Assembly: GCF_006345805.1 (NCBI RefSeq)
Contig: NC_043002.1
Coordinates: 81,778,001 to 81,842,000, forward strand
From: Octopus sinensis
Lineage: Eukaryota
Direction of reading: 5' to 3'
DNA: 64,000 bases
Below, piece by piece: positions 62,570 through 64,000 of the stretch. Position 1 is the stretch's first letter; each line of letters begins with the position of its first letter. The notes under the pieces are model-generated. The model was not told where the DNA came from. It made no database searches and saw only the letters and a list, made by a program, of their open reading frames with translations. The translations under genes and the position numbers were made by a program.

Positions 62570-62860
62570 AATCTTGAATGTTGAATGAAAGCTTATCTTG
62601 TACTGGCTTTTTTTTCTACACAGGTGTAACAAACGATAGCTGAAGTAAAGAGGTAGGGCGTGGTCTGGTGACTTGGGTGAAGGAGTGCAACTTCTAAATG
62701 GAGAGTGGGTGAGGAAGACCTCAGATAGGGAGGTTTGGTTAAGGGATGTGGAGCATGAATTTGAGAGATTTAGGGATGGAGTAAAGTAGAGATAAAGGTA
62801 ATATCTAAGAGCGGATTTTGGTGAGTAGGCTAAATATGGCAGCTGAATAGAAACAGTAAC
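62570..62860 (-). pseudogene. Ancient CR1-like LINE C-terminal relic
   Basis: The ORF LPYLAYSPKSALRYYLYLYF...HSPF...PKSPDH aligns loosely by eye with the CR1 ORF2 end. Confidence 0.35.
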
Positions 62861-62867
62861 CAACTCA

Positions 62868-62902
<35 letters not shown>

Positions 62903-63374
62903 GTATATATAATATTATCTTTATATAATTATGGAAGTGTTATTTTACTCTCCATGATATTAGCTACATGTGTTTCCTTAAGGGTGTTAAACAATTGACA
63001 GTAGTTTTAGAGAACTTAAAATGTTGGTTTTTGTTATTTGGTTTTTGTTTCTACTATTTTATCATCTGTTGTTGTTAATAAATAATAGTAATAATAATAA
63101 AGAATAACCCCACTAGGAACAGACCACATCCTACACAAAATACTATTAATCCAATAATTCAATATAAACAAAACAAACCTACAAATACAAAGCACACGCT
63201 ATACAGCATTTACCCAGTGAAATAAACTTCCACCAGCAAGCTAGAAAACCAAAGCATTCACACCTCAAGAAGAGGAGAAAAAAAAAACTTTATAGTACCA
63301 AGAAGAGTTTACATACTCCCAACAGCAGAAAAGAACACACAATGCTGCACACACCCCATCAACATGGAGGTGTA

Positions 63375-63650
63375 GCAGGTGATTGCATTGACCCCAGTAC
63401 TCAACTGGTACTTACTTTATCAAGCCCTGGAAGGATGAAAGGCAGAGTTGACCATGGCTGAATTTGTGCTCAGAACCTAGAGACTGACAAAATGCTTCTA
63501 AGCATTTTGTCCAGCATGCTAACAATTCTACCAGCTCATCACTTTTAGCAATAACAACAATAATAATTGAGGTACAAGGTCTGAAATTTGATGGGAAAAG
63601 CTAGTTGGTTATAATCAACTGCTGTACTTGACAACAAAATTGACCTTGGT
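63375..63650 (-). mobile_element. SINE-B plus a second fragment
   Basis: GACCCCAGTACTCAACTGGTACTT...GGAAGGATGAAAGGCAGAGTTGACC...CCAGCTCATC. Confidence 0.85.
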
Positions 63651-64000
63651 TTGTGTTTCAACTCAAAATGTAAAAAGCCAGAACAAACACTGCAGGGCAT
63701 TTTACTCAATATTCTACCAAGTCCATCATTATCATTACCACCATCATCATTTTTATACCTAGCTCTTCCAGGCTTGCATGGGTTGGATATATTCCTTTCA
63801 GTACAGTGTTTTGTCTTTTGTTACATTCCTTTATTATCTCCTTTCTGAGATTCAACATCTTGAGATCAGCTCTCACTACCTCTGTCCATGGCTTCTTTAG
63901 TTTTCCTCTTCCACAGTTTACTTCTTGGTTTGATAGTTTATTTCATCTATTCTGGAATAATAAAACATGTGTTTGTGCTTCCTTGAAGGATAGATATTGA

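Overview
Eukaryotic, AT-rich, repeat-dense DNA with no recognisable protein-coding gene. The repeat landscape (abundant tRNA-headed SINEs, long (TA)n/(CA)n/(GA)n/(TTA)n tracts, many MITEs) resembles cephalopod, probably Octopus, sequence; this assignment is from recall, not from a search. Nearly all ORFs in the supplied track are microsatellite or SINE read-throughs. I use working names for the repeat families. SINE-A has head GGCGCAGGAGTGGCTGTGTGG and tail GACTGAAACAAGTAAAAGAG. SINE-B has head GGCGGCGAGCTGGCAGAA, core GCCTTTCATCCTTTCGGGGTCGATAAA and (ATT)n flanks. SINE-C has head GGCGCGTGGCTTARTGG and core GTGTNCTTGAGCAAGACACTT. There is also an RTE-like tail module (GGAAGGGCATCC...GCATGGAAAA...(GAT)n) and an unclassified family R (GATTTGGCTGCTATTTCTAGCAGG). 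Supported structures include five or more MITE types with readable TIRs or TSDs, a Helitron, relics of HERO, Penelope and CR1 retroelements, and a 650-bp tandem duplication. The most interesting observations are: (1) a CpG-retaining domain from about 3 to 40 kb between two CpG-depleted domains, read as a likely germline methylation and gene-body footprint; (2) a hammerhead-ribozyme-like core in a Penelope-type terminus; (3) a Mutator-like MITE whose TIRs each carry an octamer plus CCAAT module. I found no convincing novel protein system. Boundaries of old repeats are approximate, within a few tens of bp.
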